A stretch of 52,683 bases of DNA, counting the filler, from Bipalium vagum (taxonomy: Eukaryota): NCBI GenBank assembly GCA_037834085.1. It is 3 parts of 3 records of this genome, joined end to end, with 100 filler letters (N's around TTAATTAATTAA, not from the genome) between each part and the next. Parts side by side here need not be neighbours in the genome. Positions count along the whole stretch, not along the records: positions 33,878 to 52,683 come from JBBMKC010018730.1; 2 more parts are not named here. The stretch is one strand, 5' to 3'. Both the position numbers and the translations under genes were made by a program. The notes beneath the pieces are model-generated. The model was not told the DNA's origin. It did no database searches and worked only from the letters and a program-made list of their open reading frames with translations. Every line of letters starts with the position of its first letter. Position 1 is the stretch's first letter. Of the stretch, positions 50,750 to 52,683 are shown piece by piece.

Positions 50750-51060
50750 GTTTTTATAAAATAAAGAATGTAATTCAAGTATCATTTGGGGTTGGGCGTC
50801 CACCTTCAGTTATATTGGTTTTTAAAGAGTCATTTGAAACGTATTTGAAAGATTTTTATAATAAACATTTAGATAGATTAGTTGATGTTGGGAATTTTTA
50901 TGAATTTTTTTAAAGGAGTTTTAATTGGATGCAATGTATTTTTTATAAAAACTTTTCTTCATTGTGTAAAAAATAATCAATGAAATGTTTTATAGTAACA
51001 TTTTGAATCCCATTTAACAAAACTGGGGCATGTTGCTTTTGTTTTAAATGACTAATTTAA
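50750..51060. repeat. Duplicated block homologous to 34305-34620 (same orientation)
   Basis: Shared aataaagaa..taattcaagta.catttg, ttagttgatgtt, ggcatgttg.ttttgttttaaatgactaatttaa. Both copies lie upstream of a minus-strand GPCR pseudogene. Confidence 0.85.
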
Positions 51061-51099
51061 TAAACTCTTTCAAAATATTTGAATATAATTATTAAATAA

Positions 51100-51880
51100 A
51101 AATAGAATTATGGATACGGAAAAACTGAGACAACAGATTTAAGGTAACTCGAAATGAATAAAGAAACGAAATGATAATGTATTTGTTATGTTTCCGGTAA
51201 TAGTAAAACCATATGAAATACGCGATAATTTAACAATAAAAAAGATAATATAACAAAGATTTAATTGTGAATATTGTCAAAAACCTGTAAATCTTTGGTT
51301 AATGAGTGTTAAATTTTTTAAAAATCTCCATTTTAAGGTTTATGGAGAGTTTTAAATTATAAGTGCCAAAGACAATTTCATTCTGTAAATAAAACCTCAT
51401 TCTGTGAATAACAAAGGTTACTATGCTCAAAGATTATATATGGGACAAAAAGCATCTTCAACTCTAAGAATTTCAAGTATCGATTGCAATTCAAGAAAAG
51501 GTTGGAATTAACGAACATCAAATTGTGAAATCTGCACCATAAACAGAAGATCAAGAAATCAGTGGACCTAAAATTGGCGGAGAAATGGACGAAGCAAAGT
51601 TTGAGGGTGCAAATATCACAAACTGCATTCAGTGAATGATGAATGGTTTCTTGGTGGACTTTAGTGGACAGATTCGAAAGAGTTCTTTTTAAATGAAACA
51701 TTGAAAAATATAATAAACCAGCTAAACCTAGATCTACAATACACACGGAGAAATTATGCCAGACTCTAAGGAAATCGTTATGTACATGTAACAGACAATG
51801 ACAGGAAAACATTTAAAGATCTATTAACAAAAGAATATATAATGTAAATGATCAAAAAATCTAAAATAAGCGTCTCTTTC
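51100..51880 (+). mobile_element. L1/Tx1-like LINE ORF2 relic (endonuclease-RT linker)
   Basis: KPVNLWLMSVKFF (WK+N-like), IIWD, EAKFEGANITNCIQ*MMNG (GA.IRSR..W...GE-like). Confidence 0.5.
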
Positions 51881-51884
51881 AATT

Positions 51885-52285
51885 TGTCCCAAGAGATCTC
51901 GACAATTTTCCTATCTGTTCTTTTTCAGATTTACATTGAAAAATTTCGGATCTGATTTCGCACAAACTTTACTCATTATTCTTCCCTCAAAGCTTGATGT
52001 ACTGTGGTATGGTTCAAATCCAGTTCTTATGCGACCATTTCTGTTGTCAGTAGTCGTCGATCATTTCTCACCAAATCTCGGTTTTTTATTACATTTTCTT
52101 TAATTTTCGAAGTTAACGGTATTCTAAAGCGATTCGATTCCCGTCCATCTGAAAATGCTTTAAATCATATAGAAACTTGAGCCCCTGAAAATGATTCCTC
52201 AACATAAACTATCTTCAATTTGTCACACGTTAGAGCAGCAGTATCACGAAATTTAATTGCTTGACGCTGTTCGTAATTATTCCCA
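51885..52285 (-). mobile_element. Mariner N-terminal fragment (mellifera-like)
   Basis: EQRQAIKF...SGAQVSI*FKAFSDGRES...ENV...DLVRNDRRL...TTVHQAL...MSKVCAK. Confidence 0.85.
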
Positions 52286-52289
52286 CTCA

Positions 52290-52570
52290 AATTATGAACT
52301 TACGGTCATCAATTTTAGTTTTACAATTAAAATGTTCTTCATTATTTACTTCAATTATATTTACACTAATATTATTCTGTTTGCTGAATCTTTTAACATC
52401 TTCTATTTTTATGGGAAATTCAACATCAGTTAAATTTAGTTCATTTATATAAAGTGTATTATTACTCACTCTTTCAGAATGATGTGGATTTCCAATAGGA
52501 TCTATTGCAGGATGTAAATAAGCTAATATTGAATATATAAAACATTTATTATGGTTTTTTATATTTTTTA
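52290..52570 (-). mobile_element. Fragment of a second type of Polinton pPolB N-terminal region
   Basis: NIKNHNKCFIYSILAYLHP...RVS...YINELNLTDVEFPIKIEDVKRFSKQNNISVNI. Confidence 0.8.
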
Positions 52571-52572
52571 TA

Positions 52573-52683
52573 CAGGGTGGCCACTAAAAGACTAAGCGAT
52601 GTAAAAAAAAATAACTTTTACAAACACGTGTATTTTTAATTTTTTATTGTTTTATTTACAAGTATACATACAGGAGTTATTTC
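52573..52683 (+). mobile_element. Tc1/mariner-type TIR at window end
   Basis: TA|CAGGGTGGCCACTAAAAGACT abruptly truncates the pPolB fragment. Confidence 0.55.

Noticed and set aside
50765-50900. Plus-strand open frame IQVSFGVGRPPSV...LDRLVDVG shared with 34330-34460
   Set aside because: The frame is broken in the other copy and the block is explained as duplicated GPCR upstream DNA; no recognisable domain.
877-52469. Most 60-110 aa ORFs in the track (F/I/L/K/N-rich)
   Set aside because: Expected by chance in very AT-rich DNA, or antisense to TE relics.
1-52683. CRISPR array, operon or prokaryotic defence system
   Set aside because: No repeat-spacer array or prokaryotic gene density. Spliceosomal introns and eukaryotic TEs show this is eukaryotic DNA.

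Overview
Very AT-rich eukaryotic (invertebrate-like) genomic DNA in three blocks separated by two artificial 100-nt gap spacers (N...TTAATTAATTAA...N at 17320-17419 and 33778-33877). Only two host genes are supported. (1) The 3' part of a VIT/VWA (VWA5A-like) gene on +, with 40-54 nt introns and one ~16 kb intron. (2) An apparently intact two-exon rhodopsin-class 7TM GPCR (44178-45138, +), surrounded by at least three decayed paralogous copies that share pieces of its coding and/or upstream non-coding sequence. Most of the rest is decayed, often nested mobile DNA: several mariner, Tc1/Tc3 and maT elements, a pogo/Tigger, a Merlin with perfect 8-bp TSD and an intron in its transposase, a plant/oomycete-type DD39D-like mariner, a piggyBac, Polinton/Maverick integrase and two types of pPolB relic, L1/Tx1 and RTE LINE fragments, a Gypsy integrase tail, a possible Penelope relic with a degenerate minimal hammerhead, and a tRNA-Ala pseudogene. 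I found no complete novel system. The best leads are the GPCR birth-and-death array, the DD39D-like element and the intron-bearing Merlin. All calls come from manual reading and translation; no searches were run, and boundaries of decayed elements are approximate unless TIR/TSD are quoted.
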